A DNA stretch of 64,000 nt, taken from Gammaproteobacteria bacterium. Lineage in GTDB: Bacteria > Pseudomonadota > Gammaproteobacteria > Steroidobacterales > Steroidobacteraceae. Under the pieces are notes generated by a model, which saw nothing but the letters and a program-made list of their open reading frames with translations, ran no database searches and was not told where the DNA came from. Numbering within the stretch: position 1 is the first letter of the stretch; each line of letters begins with the position of its first letter. The stretch covers positions 4,113 through 68,112 of the forward strand of contig JANLTW010000160.1 in NCBI GenBank assembly GCA_031363155.1. Direction: 5' to 3'. A program made the position numbers and the translations under genes. Of the stretch, positions 1-11,100 are shown piece by piece.

Positions 1-3000
1 ACCTAACACACCGCCGCGCTCGCTGATGGATTCAAACTCGCGGCACACGGCCTCTTCCACCATGTCGGTCAGGTAGTCAATCATGTAGGAACCCTGCCAG
101 GGATTCTGGGTCGCGTTCAATCCCAGTTCGCGATTGATGATCAGCTGGATCGCGACCGCGCGCCGCACGCTTTCTTCGGTCGGCGTGGTCAGCGCTTCAT
201 CAAAGGCATTGGTGTGCAGGGAATTGCAGTTGTCGAACAACGCGTACAAGGCCTGCAGCGTGGTGCGGATATCGTTGAACTGGATCTCGCGCGCGTGCAG
301 GCTGCGGCCCGAGGTCTGGATGTGATATTTCAGCATCTGGCTGCGCGCGCTGGCGCCGTAGCGTTCACGCATCGCGCGCGCCCAGATGCGCCGCGCGACC
401 CGGCCAATCACCGCATACTCGGCGTCCATGCCATTCGAGAAGAAAAAGCTCAGGTTGGCAGCGAAGTCATCGATCTGCATGCCGCGTGCGAGGTAGTACT
501 CGACGATGGTGAAGCCGTTCGAGAGCGTAAAGGCCAGCTGGCTGATCGGATTGGCGCCAGCCTCGGCGATGTGGTAGCCGGATATCGATACCGAGTAGAA
601 ATTGCGCACGTTGTGGTCGATGAAATACTGCTGCACGTCACCCATCAGTCGCATGGCAAATTCGGTGGAGAAAATGCAGGTGTTCTGCGCCTGATCCTCC
701 TTGAGGATGTCCGCCTGCACGGTGCCGCGCGCCAGACTCTGCGCTGCGGCGGCAATCTTGCGGTACTCGGCTGCGCTCAGCAGTTCCTGGCCGTCGACGA
801 CAATGCCCACCAGCTGATCCGAACTCAGGCCTAACAAACCAAGGCCGAGACCGTCATGACCCTCGGGCAGCTCGCCCACGTAGCTCGCGCTCGGGATGCC
901 GGCCGCCTGCTGCTGTGCACGCAACTGGTCGATATGCCGCGCGGCGCGCGGCCAGCGGCCCTCGCTACGCAGAAACCGCTCGACCCGCTGATCGATGGCG
1001 GTGTTCATGAACATCGCGAGCAGCATTGGTGCCGGGCCGTTGATGGTCATCGACACGGAGGTGTTCGGCGCGCACAGGTCGAAACCCGAATAGAGTTTCT
1101 TCATATCATCCAGCGTCGCGATGCTGACGCCGGAATTGCCGGTGCGGCCGTAGATGTCCGGACGCAGGTCCGGGTCCTCGCCATACAGCGTGGTCGAATC
1201 GAATGCGGTCGACAGGCGCGTGGCGTCGGCGTCGCGAGCTAACAAATGAAAGCGGCGATTGGTGCGCTCGGGCGTGCCTTCGCCGGCAAACATGCGCGCG
1301 GGGTCTTCGGCCTCGCGGCGATACGGATAGACGCCGGCAGTGTAGGGATAGGCGCCCGGCAGATTCTCGTTGCCGAGGAAGCGCAGGATGTCGCCCAGGT
1401 CCGTGAGCCGCGGCGCGGCAATTTTCGGCACCTTGTTGCGGCTCAGGGTCTCGAGGTAGTTGTCGCCGCGCACCTCTTTGCCGCGCACCACGTAGCTGTA
1501 TTGCGCCTCGGTGATCGCCTTGATCCGCGCCGGCCATTCCCGCAGCTGCGCCACGCCCCCGGCGCCGACCGCATCCAGCGCCCGGTGGTAGGCGAGCCGC
1601 AGCGCCTGCCACGCCGCTTCGGACTTGCCGCTCTCGAGCACGGCGGCGGGATAGCGATCCAACAAAGCCGGCAATTCGGCATCGCCCAAGACCTGCAGGG
1701 CGCGATGCAGGCTTTGCGCCTCGCTGGCCGCCTTGGCCGCTTGCTCCAGCTCCGTACGGGTAGCGCGGACCACGGCGGCAATGTCAGCCAGGTAGCGGCC
1801 GCGATTCTCAGGGATAAGCGCAGTGCGGCCGATCTCCGCGGTCGTGGCCGGCGCCACCTTGGAGATCGCAGCGCTCAGCCAGTTCCCGGTAGTACCGGCA
1901 TTGGCGTCGAGGCGCGCACACAGGGCTGCGAACAGGCGATTGACGCCCGGATCGTTGAACCGGCTGGCAATGGTCGGGTACACCGGCACATCGCTGTCGG
2001 CAATTTTCATGCGCTGCGGGTGATTGCGCCGCCATTGCTTGCGCACATCGCGCAGCGCGTCCGCGGCGCCGCGTTTTTCAAATTTGTTGAGCACCACCAG
2101 ATCGGCGAAATCGAGCATGTCGATCTTCTCGAGCTGGCTCGCGGCGCCATAGTCGGCGGTCATCACATAGGTGGAAATGTCCACCAGGTCGACAATTTCC
2201 GTGTCGCTCTGGCCAATGCCCGCGGTCTCCACCAGGATCAGATCGAAGCCCGCCTGCTGATAGAGCTCGATCACGTCCTTCAGCACCACACTGGTCGCGA
2301 GATTCTGGCGCCGTGTCGCCAGTGAGCGCATGAACACGCTGGAATTCGACAGGCTGTTCATGCGAATGCGATCGCCTAACAAGGCGCCGCCCGAACGACG
2401 GCGGGTCGGATCCACGGCGACCACGGCAATTTTCCGCTCCGGGTACGCACGAATCAGCCGCTGCAGCAGTTCGTCGGTGAGCGATGACTTGCCGGCGCCG
2501 CCGGTGCCGGTGATACCGACCACCGGCGCGCGCGCCACCGGCCGCGCCAGTGCCTTGCGCAGGGCCTCGGTCCCGGCCCCCTGCTGGCCCGCCTCGCCTT
2601 CCAGCATCGTGATGCAGCGCGCCAGCTGGCGATGCTCGCCGGCGTTGAGTGGCGCCATCGCAAATGCCGGCCGGCGCGCGGCCCGCACCCGTCGCAACAC
2701 ATCGTTGATCATGCCCTGCAGACCTAACAAGCGGCCATCTTCCGGCGTGTATATTTTTTCGACGCCGTGGTGTTCCAGCGCCGCTATCTCCTGCGGCGCG
2801 ATCGTGCCGCCGCCGCCGACGATCACGCGTATGTGCTCGCAGCCTTCGGCGCGCAAGGTATCGACCATGTAGGCAAAATATTCGTTATGGCCGCCCTGGT
2901 AGGAACTGACCGCGACCGCATCGGCGTCTTCCTGGATCGCCGCGCGCACGATGTCGGCCACCGAGCGGTTGTGCCCGAGGTGCACGACCTCGGCGCCGCC

Positions 3001-3141
3001 CGACTGCAGCAGCCGCCGGATCATGTTGATTGCCGCATCATGGCCGTCAAACAGCGATGCCGCGGTGACAAAGCGCAGCGGCGCTTGGGGCTCGGCGGCC
3101 GTAATTGCTGACTGTGATTGCGCTTTCGAGGGACTGGCCAT
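1..3141 (-). CDS. icmF: Fused isobutyryl-CoA mutase (IcmF-type: B12-binding domain + MeaB-like GTPase + mutase barrel). The C-terminus is cut by the window edge.
   Basis: My own minus-strand translation from the ATG (complement of 3139-3141) gives MASPSKAQ..PLRFVTAASLFDGHDAAINMIRR (B12-binding domain), the P-loop GITGTGGAGKSSL, ..RRFHLLARD.., and ..ISERGGVLG at position 1. It is absent from the ORF track because it runs off the left edge without a stop. Confidence 0.85.
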   Translation of the reverse strand, partial: MASPSKAQSQSAITAAEPQAPLRFVTAASLFDGHDAAINMIRRLLQSGGAEVVHLGHNRSVADIVRAAIQEDADAVAVSSYQGGHNEYFAYMVDTLRAEGCEHIRVIVGGGGTIAPQEIAALEHHGVEKIYTPEDGRLLGLQGMINDVLRRVRAARRPAFAMAPLNAGEHRQLARCITMLEGEAGQQGAGTEALRKALARPVARAPVVGITGTGGAGKSSLTDELLQRLIRAYPERKIAVVAVDPTRRRSGGALLGDRIRMNSLSNSSVFMRSLATRRQNLATSVVLKDVIELYQQAGFDLILVETAGIGQSDTEIVDLVDISTYVMTADYGAASQLEKIDMLDFADLVVLNKFEKRGAADALRDVRKQWRRNHPQRMKIADSDVPVYPTIASRFNDPGVNRLFAALCARLDANAGTTGNWLSAAISKVAPATTAEIGRTALIPENRGRYLADIAAVVRATRTELEQAAKAASEAQSLHRALQVLGDAELPALLDRYPAAVLESGKSEAAWQALRLAYHRALDAVGAGGVAQLREWPARIKAITEAQYSYVVRGKEVRGDNYLETLSRNKVPKIAAPRLTDLGDILRFLGNENLPGAYPYTAGVYPYRREAEDPARMFAGEGTPERTNRRFHLLARDADATRLSTAFDSTTLYGEDPDLRPDIYGRTGNSGVSIATLDDMKKLYSGFDLCAPNTSVSMTINGPAPMLLAMFMNTAIDQRVERFLRSEGRWPRAARHIDQLRAQQQAAGIPSASYVGELPEGHDGLGLGLLGLSSDQLVGIVVDGQELLSAAEYRKIAAAAQSLARGTVQADILKEDQAQNTCIFSTEFAMRLMGDVQQYFIDHNVRNFYSVSISGYHIAEAGANPISQLAFTLSNGFTIVEYYLARGMQIDDFAANLSFFFSNGMDAEYAVIGRVARRIWARAMRERYGASARSQMLKYHIQTSGRSLHAREIQFNDIRTTLQALYALFDNCNSLHTNAFDEALTTPTEESVRRAVAIQLIINRELGLNATQNPWQGSYMIDYLTDMVEEAVCREFESISERGGVLG

Positions 3142-3165
3142 ATTGCAATTTACCTGCACGTAACT

Positions 3166-3187
3166 TAAATTACTCGTCAGTAAATTA
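3166..3187. promoter_or_regulatory. Candidate TetR-type operator in the divergent icmF/tetR intergenic region
   Basis: The sequence TAAATTACT-CGTC-AGTAAATTA is a 9-bp inverted repeat (8/9 matching) with a 4-bp spacer. It lies in a 63-bp AT-rich gap between two divergent start codons. Confidence 0.45.
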
Positions 3188-3204
3188 ATGATACGATAGC
3201 TTGC

Positions 3205-3897
3205 ATGCTAAAGACAAGGTCTTTGACCGCCAAGTCCGTCACGCCGCCGCGCCGGGGGCGCCCACCGTCCCTGTCACCCTGGCGCGATGTTGCAGCGCGG
3301 GACGCCGAACGCGAGCGCAAACGCACCGCGTTGATCCGCGCCGCCGCCCAGGCGTTCCGCGCCAATGGCTTTCATAACACCTCGCTGGATGATGTCGCCG
3401 CCGCCGTGGGGGTCACCAAGCCGCTGGTCTATCACTACGTGGGCAACAAACAGCAGCTGCTGTTTGAGTGCTTCTGCACCGGCGTCGAGCAGATCCGCGC
3501 CGCCTTCAAGACCGCCGAGCACAGCGGCACCACTGCGCGCGAACGCCTGGTGCGGGTGTTAGCTGGTTATGCCGAAGCCATTACCGGCGATTTTGGCTGG
3601 TGCATGGTGCGCGCGGAGGACCTGGACCTCGACGCCGCATTGAGCTCGCGGGTCAAACAACTGAAGTCGGAAATCGACCAGGGCCTGCGCCGCCTGCTGC
3701 GCGCCGGCATCGAGGATGGTTCGATTCGTGGCTGCGATCCCAAGATGACGGCGTTCGCCGTCGCCGGAGCGCTCAACTGGATCGCCCACTGGCATCGCGG
3801 TCGCGAGGCGCTGACGCCTGCAGAAATCGCCGCACGCTTCATCGATTTGTTTGAGCTCGGACTGGCGCCGCGCGCGGACCGCTCCCGGCGCCGCTGA
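3205..3897 (+). CDS. TetR/AcrR family transcriptional regulator
   Basis: 230-aa ORF with the N-terminal HTH FHNTSLDDVAAAVGVTKPLVYHYVGNKQQLL typical of TetR. The start codon is uncertain. Confidence 0.8.
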   Translation: MLKTRSLTAKSVTPPRRGRPPSLSPWRDVAARDAERERKRTALIRAAAQAFRANGFHNTSLDDVAAAVGVTKPLVYHYVGNKQQLLFECFCTGVEQIRAAFKTAEHSGTTARERLVRVLAGYAEAITGDFGWCMVRAEDLDLDAALSSRVKQLKSEIDQGLRRLLRAGIEDGSIRGCDPKMTAFAVAGALNWIAHWHRGREALTPAEIAARFIDLFELGLAPRADRSRRR

Positions 3898-3969
3898 GTC
3901 ATGCAGGTTTTGAGGCACAGGCCTAAAATGTCACCGTGGAGAAGATCATGAAAGCTGGAGAAGTGGCAA

Positions 3970-5148
3970 ATGTCTGACGCAATTGTTCTGCTCTCTGCCA
4001 AGCGCACACCGATTGGCGCTTTTCAGGGCGTGTATTCCGCCACCACGGCGCCGGCCCTGGGCAGCGCTGCCTGCAAGGCAGCGATCGACGCGGCTGGCAT
4101 CAAAGCTAACGAAATCGACGAGACCATCATGGGCTGCGTATTGCCCGCGGGCCTCGGCCAGGCGCCCGCGCGTCAAGCCGCGATCGGCGCTGGCGTACCG
4201 GTGGCAACGCCGGCCACCACCATCAACAAGATGTGCGGTTCGGGCATGAAAGCGCTGATGCTGGCGGCGGACCAGATTCGCGCCGGCGGCGCCAATATCA
4301 TGCTGGCCGGCGGGCTCGAATGCATGACCAATGCGCCGTACCTGCTGCTGAAAGCGCGCTCCGGCTATCGCATGGGCAATGGCGAACTGCTGGATCACAT
4401 GTTCTATGACGGCCTGCAAAGCCCCTGGGATGGCCAGATGATGGGCTGCTTTGCGGAAAATACCGCCGATAAATACCAGTTCACGCGCGCCGCGATGGAT
4501 GCTTTTGCGGCCGAATCGGTGCGGCGCGCACTGGCGGCGGTGGAATCCGGCGCTTTTGCCGCGGAGCTCGCCCCGGTCACGGTCAAGAGCCGCAAGGGCG
4601 ATGTCGTTGTCAGCCAGGATGAAACGCCCTTCACCTGCGACATCGCCAAGATTCCGACGCTGAAACCTGCGTTCCGCAAGGATGGCGCGGTGACAGCCGC
4701 ATCGTCGTCGTCAATTTCGGATGGTGCTGCGGCTGCCATCCTGACACGCGAATCCATTGCCAGGGCGCGCGGCCTCAAGCCGCTCGCGCGCATCGTGTCC
4801 TACGCCAGCCACGCGCAGGAACCCGCGTGGTTCACGACTGCGCCAGCCGGCGCGATCCGCAAGGCGCTGCAGGGGGCCGGCTGGGAAGCTAACAGCGTCG
4901 ATCTGTGGGAAGTCAACGAAGCCTTCGCGGCGGTCGCCATGGCCGCCGCGCGCGACCTCGGTATCGATCATGCGCGCCTGAATGTCAATGGCGGCGCCTG
5001 CGCACTGGGGCATCCGGTGGGCACGACCGGCGCGCGTATCGTTGCGACCCTGGTGCACGCGTTGCGGGCCCGCGGCGGCAAGCGCGGCGTGGCATCGTTG
5101 TGCATTGGCGGCGGCGAAGCCACCGCGATGGCGCTCGAAATCATCTAG
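3970..5148 (+). CDS. Acetyl-CoA C-acetyltransferase (thiolase II)
   Basis: 392-aa ORF with the active-site Cys context INKMCGSGMKA and the C-terminal motifs NVNGGACALGHPVG and CIGGGEA. Confidence 0.9.
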   Translation: MSDAIVLLSAKRTPIGAFQGVYSATTAPALGSAACKAAIDAAGIKANEIDETIMGCVLPAGLGQAPARQAAIGAGVPVATPATTINKMCGSGMKALMLAADQIRAGGANIMLAGGLECMTNAPYLLLKARSGYRMGNGELLDHMFYDGLQSPWDGQMMGCFAENTADKYQFTRAAMDAFAAESVRRALAAVESGAFAAELAPVTVKSRKGDVVVSQDETPFTCDIAKIPTLKPAFRKDGAVTAASSSSISDGAAAAILTRESIARARGLKPLARIVSYASHAQEPAWFTTAPAGAIRKALQGAGWEANSVDLWEVNEAFAAVAMAAARDLGIDHARLNVNGGACALGHPVGTTGARIVATLVHALRARGGKRGVASLCIGGGEATAMALEII

Positions 5149-5191
5149 TCCGGCATTTGTCAGCCCGCAGTTTGTTAGTGGAGTTCGGATC

Positions 5192-6802
5192 ATGACCCAG
5201 GCAATTGAACGGGATGTAATGGAGTGCGACGTCGTCATCGTCGGCGGTGGGCCGGCGGGGCTCGCGTGCGCGATTCGCCTCAAGGAGCGCCAGGCCGACC
5301 TCGAGATCATCGTGCTCGAAAAGGCCGCCGCGATCGGCGCGCAGGCGCTGTCCGGCGCCGTGATCGAGCCCGGCCCGCTGGATGAGCTGCTGGCCGACTG
5401 GCGCAAGACGCCGCCGTCGATCTGCGTGCCGGCGAAGCGCGATGAATTCAGTTTCCTGACCCGCAGCGGCAAGACCCGCCTGCCGACGCCGCCACAGCAG
5501 CACAATGCCGGCAATTTCATTGTTTCGTTAGGTGAACTGATGCCGATTCTGGCGCAGCGTGCTGAGACTCTCGGCATTAATATCTTCCCGGGATATTCCG
5601 CCGCACAGACGCTCCATGACGCGGACGGCAAGGTAGCCGGTGTGCAGATCGGCGACCAGGGCGTCAGCAAGGATGGCTCGCCGGGTCCAAATTTCACCCC
5701 CGGCCCCGAAGTGCGCGCGCACATCACCGTGTTAGCCGAAGGCTGCCGTGGCAATGTCAGCAAGCAGCTGATCCGCACGTTTGCGCTCGACCAGGACTGC
5801 GACCCACAGACCTACGGTCTCGGTTTCAAGGAACTGTGGCAATTGCCGGAGGGGCGCGTGGAGCCCGGACTGATCCAGCACAGCGTTGGCTGGCCGCTCG
5901 ACAGCGGCACCTATGGCGGCAGTTTCATCTATCACCTGGACCGCAATCGCGTCTACATCGGCTATGTGGTTGGCCTCGACTATCGCGATCCGCGCCTCAA
6001 GCCCTTCGAGGCCTTCCAGCAATTCAAGCATCATCCGTCGGTGCGCCCACTGCTGGAGGGCGGCGAGATCGTCGCGGCCGGTGCACGCACGATTTCGGCT
6101 GGCGGCTGGCAATCAACGCCGCGCCTCGAGATGCCGGGCGCACTGCTGATCGGCGATGCCGGCGGCACGCTCAATGTGCCGAAGATCAAGGGCATCCACC
6201 AGGCGCTGCGCAGCGGCATGTTAGCTGCCGAGCACATCGCGGCGACCGGCGGGAGCGCCGGATTCGATGCGCTGTGGCGCGCATCGCCCGGCGGCCAGGA
6301 ACTGCGCAAGGTGCGCAATATCAAGCCCGGCTTCAAGCGCGGGCTGTGGTTCGGCATGGCCAACGGCGCCTGGGAGACGGTCACCGCCGGCCACTCGCCG
6401 TGGACCCTGAAGAACAAGGCCTGCCATGCGGAAACCAAGCGACTGGCTGAGTTCAGCTCCCCGGACCGCGACTGGGTCGACCGCAGCCTGCCGCCGCGCG
6501 ACCGGCTCGCGTCAGTGTTCTTTGCTAACAACTCGCATGACGAAGCGCAGCCCGCGCACCTCAAGGTCGCCGACACCAGCATCTGCGCAACCAGGTGTGC
6601 GCAGGAGTTCGGCAATCCCTGCCAGAACTTCTGCCCGGCGAACGTCTACGAAATGGTGGACGACGGCGCGGGCGGCAAGCGCCTGCAGATCAACGCGGCC
6701 AATTGCGTGCACTGCAAGGCGTGCGACATCAAGGATCCGTACCAGATCATCACCTGGACGACTCCCGAGGGTGGCTCAGGCCCGATCTATCAGTCGTTGT
6801 AA
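5192..6802 (+). CDS. Electron-transfer flavoprotein:ubiquinone oxidoreductase (ETF-QO)
   Basis: The track ORF 4982..6802 is trimmed to the ATG at 5192, which follows GGAG. MTQAIERDVMECDVVIVGGGPAGLACA is an FAD fold, and the C-terminal CxxCxxC (NAANCVHCKACDIKDP) is a 4Fe-4S motif. Confidence 0.9.
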   Translation: MTQAIERDVMECDVVIVGGGPAGLACAIRLKERQADLEIIVLEKAAAIGAQALSGAVIEPGPLDELLADWRKTPPSICVPAKRDEFSFLTRSGKTRLPTPPQQHNAGNFIVSLGELMPILAQRAETLGINIFPGYSAAQTLHDADGKVAGVQIGDQGVSKDGSPGPNFTPGPEVRAHITVLAEGCRGNVSKQLIRTFALDQDCDPQTYGLGFKELWQLPEGRVEPGLIQHSVGWPLDSGTYGGSFIYHLDRNRVYIGYVVGLDYRDPRLKPFEAFQQFKHHPSVRPLLEGGEIVAAGARTISAGGWQSTPRLEMPGALLIGDAGGTLNVPKIKGIHQALRSGMLAAEHIAATGGSAGFDALWRASPGGQELRKVRNIKPGFKRGLWFGMANGAWETVTAGHSPWTLKNKACHAETKRLAEFSSPDRDWVDRSLPPRDRLASVFFANNSHDEAQPAHLKVADTSICATRCAQEFGNPCQNFCPANVYEMVDDGAGGKRLQINAANCVHCKACDIKDPYQIITWTTPEGGSGPIYQSL

Positions 6803-6817
6803 GCAGGCGCGCCACTC

Positions 6818-7948
6818 ATGGTGTCGGAATCCCGCCCTCGCCGCTCCGGCCTGCGCAAGCGTTATGACGCGGAACTTGCGACGCAGGGATTCAGCGCTGA
6901 CCCGGCGCAGCAGCAGGCGCTGGAAAAACTGGAGCTGCTGCGCGCGCGGCTGATCCGCGCGGAGCGCGACCAGGCCGACACGGTCCAGAAGTTGTTACGC
7001 AGTTTGCGTGTCAGCAAACAGGCTGCTGCGGTGCGCGGCGCCTACCTGTGGGGCGGCGTGGGCCGCGGCAAGACCTGGCTCATGGAGCTTTTCTTTCAAA
7101 GCCTGCCTTTTGAACGCCGCCAGCGCAGCCACTTTCACCGCTTCATGCAGCAAGTACATGCGGGGCTCAAGCGGCACGCAAAAAAAACCGATCCGCTCGC
7201 GCCGGTTGCCGCGGATATTGCACAAAAGTGCCGGGTGCTGTGTCTCGATGAACTGTTCATCAGTGATATCACCGACGCCATGCTGCTCGGCAGCCTGTTT
7301 CAGCGCCTGACTGCCAACGGCGTGACCCTGGTTTTCACCTCTAACGTGCCGCCACAGGGCCTGTACCGCAACGGCCTGCAGCGCCAGCGTTTCCTGCCGG
7401 CCATCGCCCACCTGGAGCAGCAGCTGGACGTGGTCGCGGTCGATGGCGGCTTCGACTATCGACTGCGCCAGCTGACCAAGGCGCGCATCTACCTCGACTC
7501 GGCGGATGCCGCAACGCCGGCTGCGCTGCGGATAATTTATGACGATCTAGCGGATGACGAAGCCGACGACGGCACCAGACAGATCACCGTGCTGGGGCGC
7601 AAGATCCCGATAGTCCGCGAAAGTGACAATGTCATCTGGTTCGAGTTTGCTGCGATCTGCGGCGGGCCGCGTGGCCAGACCGATTACATCGAGATCGCGC
7701 GTGAGTACCAGTCGGTGCTGGTGGCTGACATCCCGATGCTGACGGCGGCCGATGACAATGACGCGCGCCGCTGCATCGCACTGGTGGACGAGTTCTATGA
7801 TCGCGGCGTGAAACTGATCGTGTCCGCGGCCGCGCCGCCAGCCGCACTGTATCGCGGCGAGCGCCTCAAATTCGAATTCGAACGCGCTGCGAGCCGCCTG
7901 GTCGAAATGCAGACCAAGCGCTATCTCGCCAGGCCGCACCTCACCTGA
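6818..7948 (+). CDS. zapE: AFG1/ZapE family ATPase
   Basis: 376-aa ORF with the Walker A motif LWGGVGRGKTWLM and a Walker B-like LCLDELFISD. Confidence 0.8.
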   Translation: MVSESRPRRSGLRKRYDAELATQGFSADPAQQQALEKLELLRARLIRAERDQADTVQKLLRSLRVSKQAAAVRGAYLWGGVGRGKTWLMELFFQSLPFERRQRSHFHRFMQQVHAGLKRHAKKTDPLAPVAADIAQKCRVLCLDELFISDITDAMLLGSLFQRLTANGVTLVFTSNVPPQGLYRNGLQRQRFLPAIAHLEQQLDVVAVDGGFDYRLRQLTKARIYLDSADAATPAALRIIYDDLADDEADDGTRQITVLGRKIPIVRESDNVIWFEFAAICGGPRGQTDYIEIAREYQSVLVADIPMLTAADDNDARRCIALVDEFYDRGVKLIVSAAAPPAALYRGERLKFEFERAASRLVEMQTKRYLARPHLT

Positions 7949-8176
7949 GCGCTCGCCTGCGAGCGGCCCACGATCGGCACCTTGAGCGCGGCCGAGTAGC
8001 GGCAAATGGATGCCGTGCTGCGCAAATTACCGGGACGCGCAGCCGAACTGGGCCCGGCGCATGAGTTATGAGGGTTTTCCTGTGAGCTGCGTCGGCATGC
8101 CACACAGCCCGTGCCAATTACACTCGGCTTGCCTAAACTGCCTGCCATACCACATCGTCAACCGGGAGCATCGCTC

Positions 8177-11100
8177 GTGTCGCAAAGCGTACCCAAGGCC
8201 CGACTGAGTCTGATCGAGAAAATCGTGGCCGCCGCCCCGGCGCGCGATCGCGATGCCAGCAGCGCCGCATTCCTGCGCGCGTACTTCCGCGGCGTCGGCG
8301 ACATTGATCTCGCGGAACGTGCCGCGAAGCTGCTCCGGTCGATTGCGTTAGCTCATCGCCACCTGGGGGCCAGGCGACGGCGCGGCACGCCACTGGTCCG
8401 CGTGTTCAATCCCGCGCAGAAGCTGGATGGTTTTGAATCCCAGGGCACGATTGTTTTTGTCATCGCCGACAACATGCCGTTCCTGCTGGACTCGATCAAT
8501 ATTGTCCTGGCGGCGGCAGCCGCCGGCGTCAACTTTATCGCACACCCGGTGTTCAGCGCGCAGCGCGACGCCAGCGGGCGCTGCCGATCGCTGCTGTTAG
8601 CAGATCCGAAGGACGGCAAGGTGCAGGAGTCCTGGCAGATGTTCGAAATCGATCGGCAGGAGTCGGCCGCGCATTGCCAGGCCTTGCAGGATTCGATCAC
8701 CAAATCACTGCGTGACGTGCGTGTTGCGGTCGCCGACTGGCGCGCGATTCGCGCCAGGATCCGTGCAATCTCCGCGGGCCTGGCGGCCTCACCGCCGCGG
8801 CGCACAGCGGCTGTAGAGACGCGGGAAGCGTGCGCGCTGCTCGACTGGATGGAAGGCGAACACTTCATTTTTCTGGGCTACCGGCACTATCAGCTGCGGC
8901 GCGGCAGCGAAATCGACCTGCTGCTCCCGACCAGCAAGAGCGGCCTCGGCATACTGCGCAATGACTCGGCGCGCGGTCGCGGCGCTACCGCGCCTAACAA
9001 ATTGGCCGGAACCATGCGCGCGCTGGCGCGCGATCATTCGGTTTTGGTGCTGACCAAGGCCAATTCCACCTCGACTGTACACCGCGGCACTTACCTGGAC
9101 TATGTCGCCGTCAAGGAGTTCGATGCGACGGGCGAGCCCTGTGGCGAACACCGCTTTCTGGGCCTGTGGACGTCGACGGCGTATTTCGCGAGCCCCGGCG
9201 AAATTCCGGTTCTGCGCCGCAAAGTGCAACAGGTCATCCAGCACTTTGGGCTCGACCCGGCGGGTCACGATGCCAAGGCCGTGTCAGCTGTCATGGAAAC
9301 CTATCCGCGCGACGAACTGTTTCAGGCGACGACCGCGGAGCTGGTCGATATCGCGCGCGGCGTGGTCAACCTGTACGAGCGCCGCCAGACGCGCCTCATG
9401 ATGCGCCGCGATCCCTTCGGCCGATTCTGGTCCTGCATGGTCTATGTGCCGCGCGACCGCTATACGACCGATGTGCGCCTGCGTATTGAAAAACTGATCC
9501 TGACGCGTTTTGGCGGCACGCACGTCGAAACACAGGTGCAGATTTCCGACACCAGCCACGCGCGCCTGCATGTCGTCGTCAGGCTCGCGGTCGCGGATCG
9601 CCCAGCGCCCGACTTCGGCACACTGGAACATGACATCGCCCGGGCCGCCATGACCTGGGATGACCGCTTGCGCGAGGCCTTGCTGGCCAGACATGAGCCC
9701 ACCGCAGCGCTTACGCTGGCGCAGCGCTACAGGAAAAGCTTTCCGGTCGCCTATCAGGATGAAGTCGAGCCAGTCGATTCGCTGGATGACATCGCGGCTC
9801 TGGAAACCTTGTGTGCCAGCCCGGAAGCCCTGCACCTCAGCCTGCATCGACCACCGGGCGCGCCGCTCAACCGGGCGCATCTGAAGCTCGTCAAACTCGG
9901 CGATCCGATCCCGATCTCGGACTTGCTGCCGATGATGGAGAACTTCGGTCTGCGCGTGCTGGCCGAACGGCCCTATTCGCTGCGCGACGTCGCCGGCGGA
10001 CCCGCCTGTGTGCAGGACTTTGAATTCGATTCGCGCTCCGGCACCGGCCTTGACATCGATGCGGTGGCAGCGCGCTTCAGCGAGGGCTTTCTCGCCGCCT
10101 GGCGCGGCGACGTGGAGAACGACGGCTTCAACCGCCTGTTGTTAGGCGCGGGCCTGAACGCGCGCGAGATCGTGATCCTGCGATCGTATTGCCGTTATCT
10201 GCTGCAGACCGGCCTGCCGTTCAGCCAGGCCAACATGGAGCGCGTGCTGGCGACACATGCGGGCATCGCGCGGCAGTTTCTCGAATTGTTCTCCGCGCAG
10301 TTCGCGCCGCAGTTCCGCGGCGCACGCGCGCCGGCCATCAAGTCCACCATCGCCGCCATCCGCAAGGGGCTGGATGGCGTGACCAGCGCTGACGACGATC
10401 GGATACTGCGTGCTTATCTCGCGGTCATTGCCGCAACGCTGCGTACCAATTTCTACCAGGCAGATGCCCGGGGTGCTGCCAAGTCCTATGTCGTATTCAA
10501 GTTCGATCCGCGCCAGATCCCGGATTTGCCTGCACCGCGGCCCAAATTCGAGATTTTCGTGTACTCGCCGCGCGTCGAGGGCGTGCACCTGCGCATGGGA
10601 CAGGTCGCACGCGGCGGCATACGCTGGTCGGATCGCCGCGAAGATTTCCGCACCGAAGTGTTAGGGCTGATGAAGGCGCAGAACGTCAAGAACACATTGA
10701 TCGTGCCAGTGGGCGCCAAAGGCGGCTTCTTTCCGAAACAAATGCCGGCCGGGGCCAATCGCGATGCGGTCCAGGCGGAAGGCATCGCCAGCTACCAGAT
10801 CTTCATCCGCGGACTGCTCGACGTGACCGACAATATCGTCAACGGCAAGATCGTCCCACCGCAATCGGTGGTACGGCGCGACCCCGACGATCCCTACCTG
10901 GTCGTTGCCGCCGACAAGGGCACCGCCACCTTCTCCGACATTGCTAACAAGATCTCGGTTGATCACGGCTTCTGGCTGGGGGATGCGTTCGCCTCCGGCG
11001 GCTCCGCGGGTTACGACCACAAGAAAATGGGCATCACGGCGCGCGGCGCCTGGGAATGCGTGAAACGCCATTTTCGGGAAATGGGCATCGATACGCAGGA

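Noticed and set aside
1246-2325. Long + strand ORFs over 214..2872 (206, 128, 359 and 180 aa), at first sight the only genes in the first 3 kb
   Set aside because: Their translations are low-complexity and Arg/Ala/Gly-rich, with no motifs. The opposite strand translates without stops into a textbook IcmF. These are antisense shadow ORFs, which are typical of GC-rich DNA. The real gene is missing from the track only because it runs off the window edge.
4982-5191. N-terminal extensions of track ORFs (4982, 8111, 28906, 30851, 34043, 51543, 58359 and others), which would create large overlaps with upstream genes
   Set aside because: The extensions overlap upstream coding sequence or read through intergenic DNA. 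Conserved N-termini begin at internal ATG or GTG codons with SD-like sequences, so I trimmed the starts. The exact starts remain unverified.
4711-5778. 355-aa minus-strand ORF overlapping the thiolase and ETF-QO genes. Similar long antisense ORFs are 30959..32032 (-), 24698..25564 (+), 37974..39041 (+), 60482..61261 (+), 61720..62463 (-), 42244..43212 (+) and 63060..63956 (+).
   Set aside because: In each case the opposite or overlapping frame carries strong family motifs (thiolase, ArnB, ABC ATPase, Omp85, GST, MoeA, propeller protein/NmrA, MoaA). The rejected ORF is Arg/Pro/Ala-rich with no recognisable domain.
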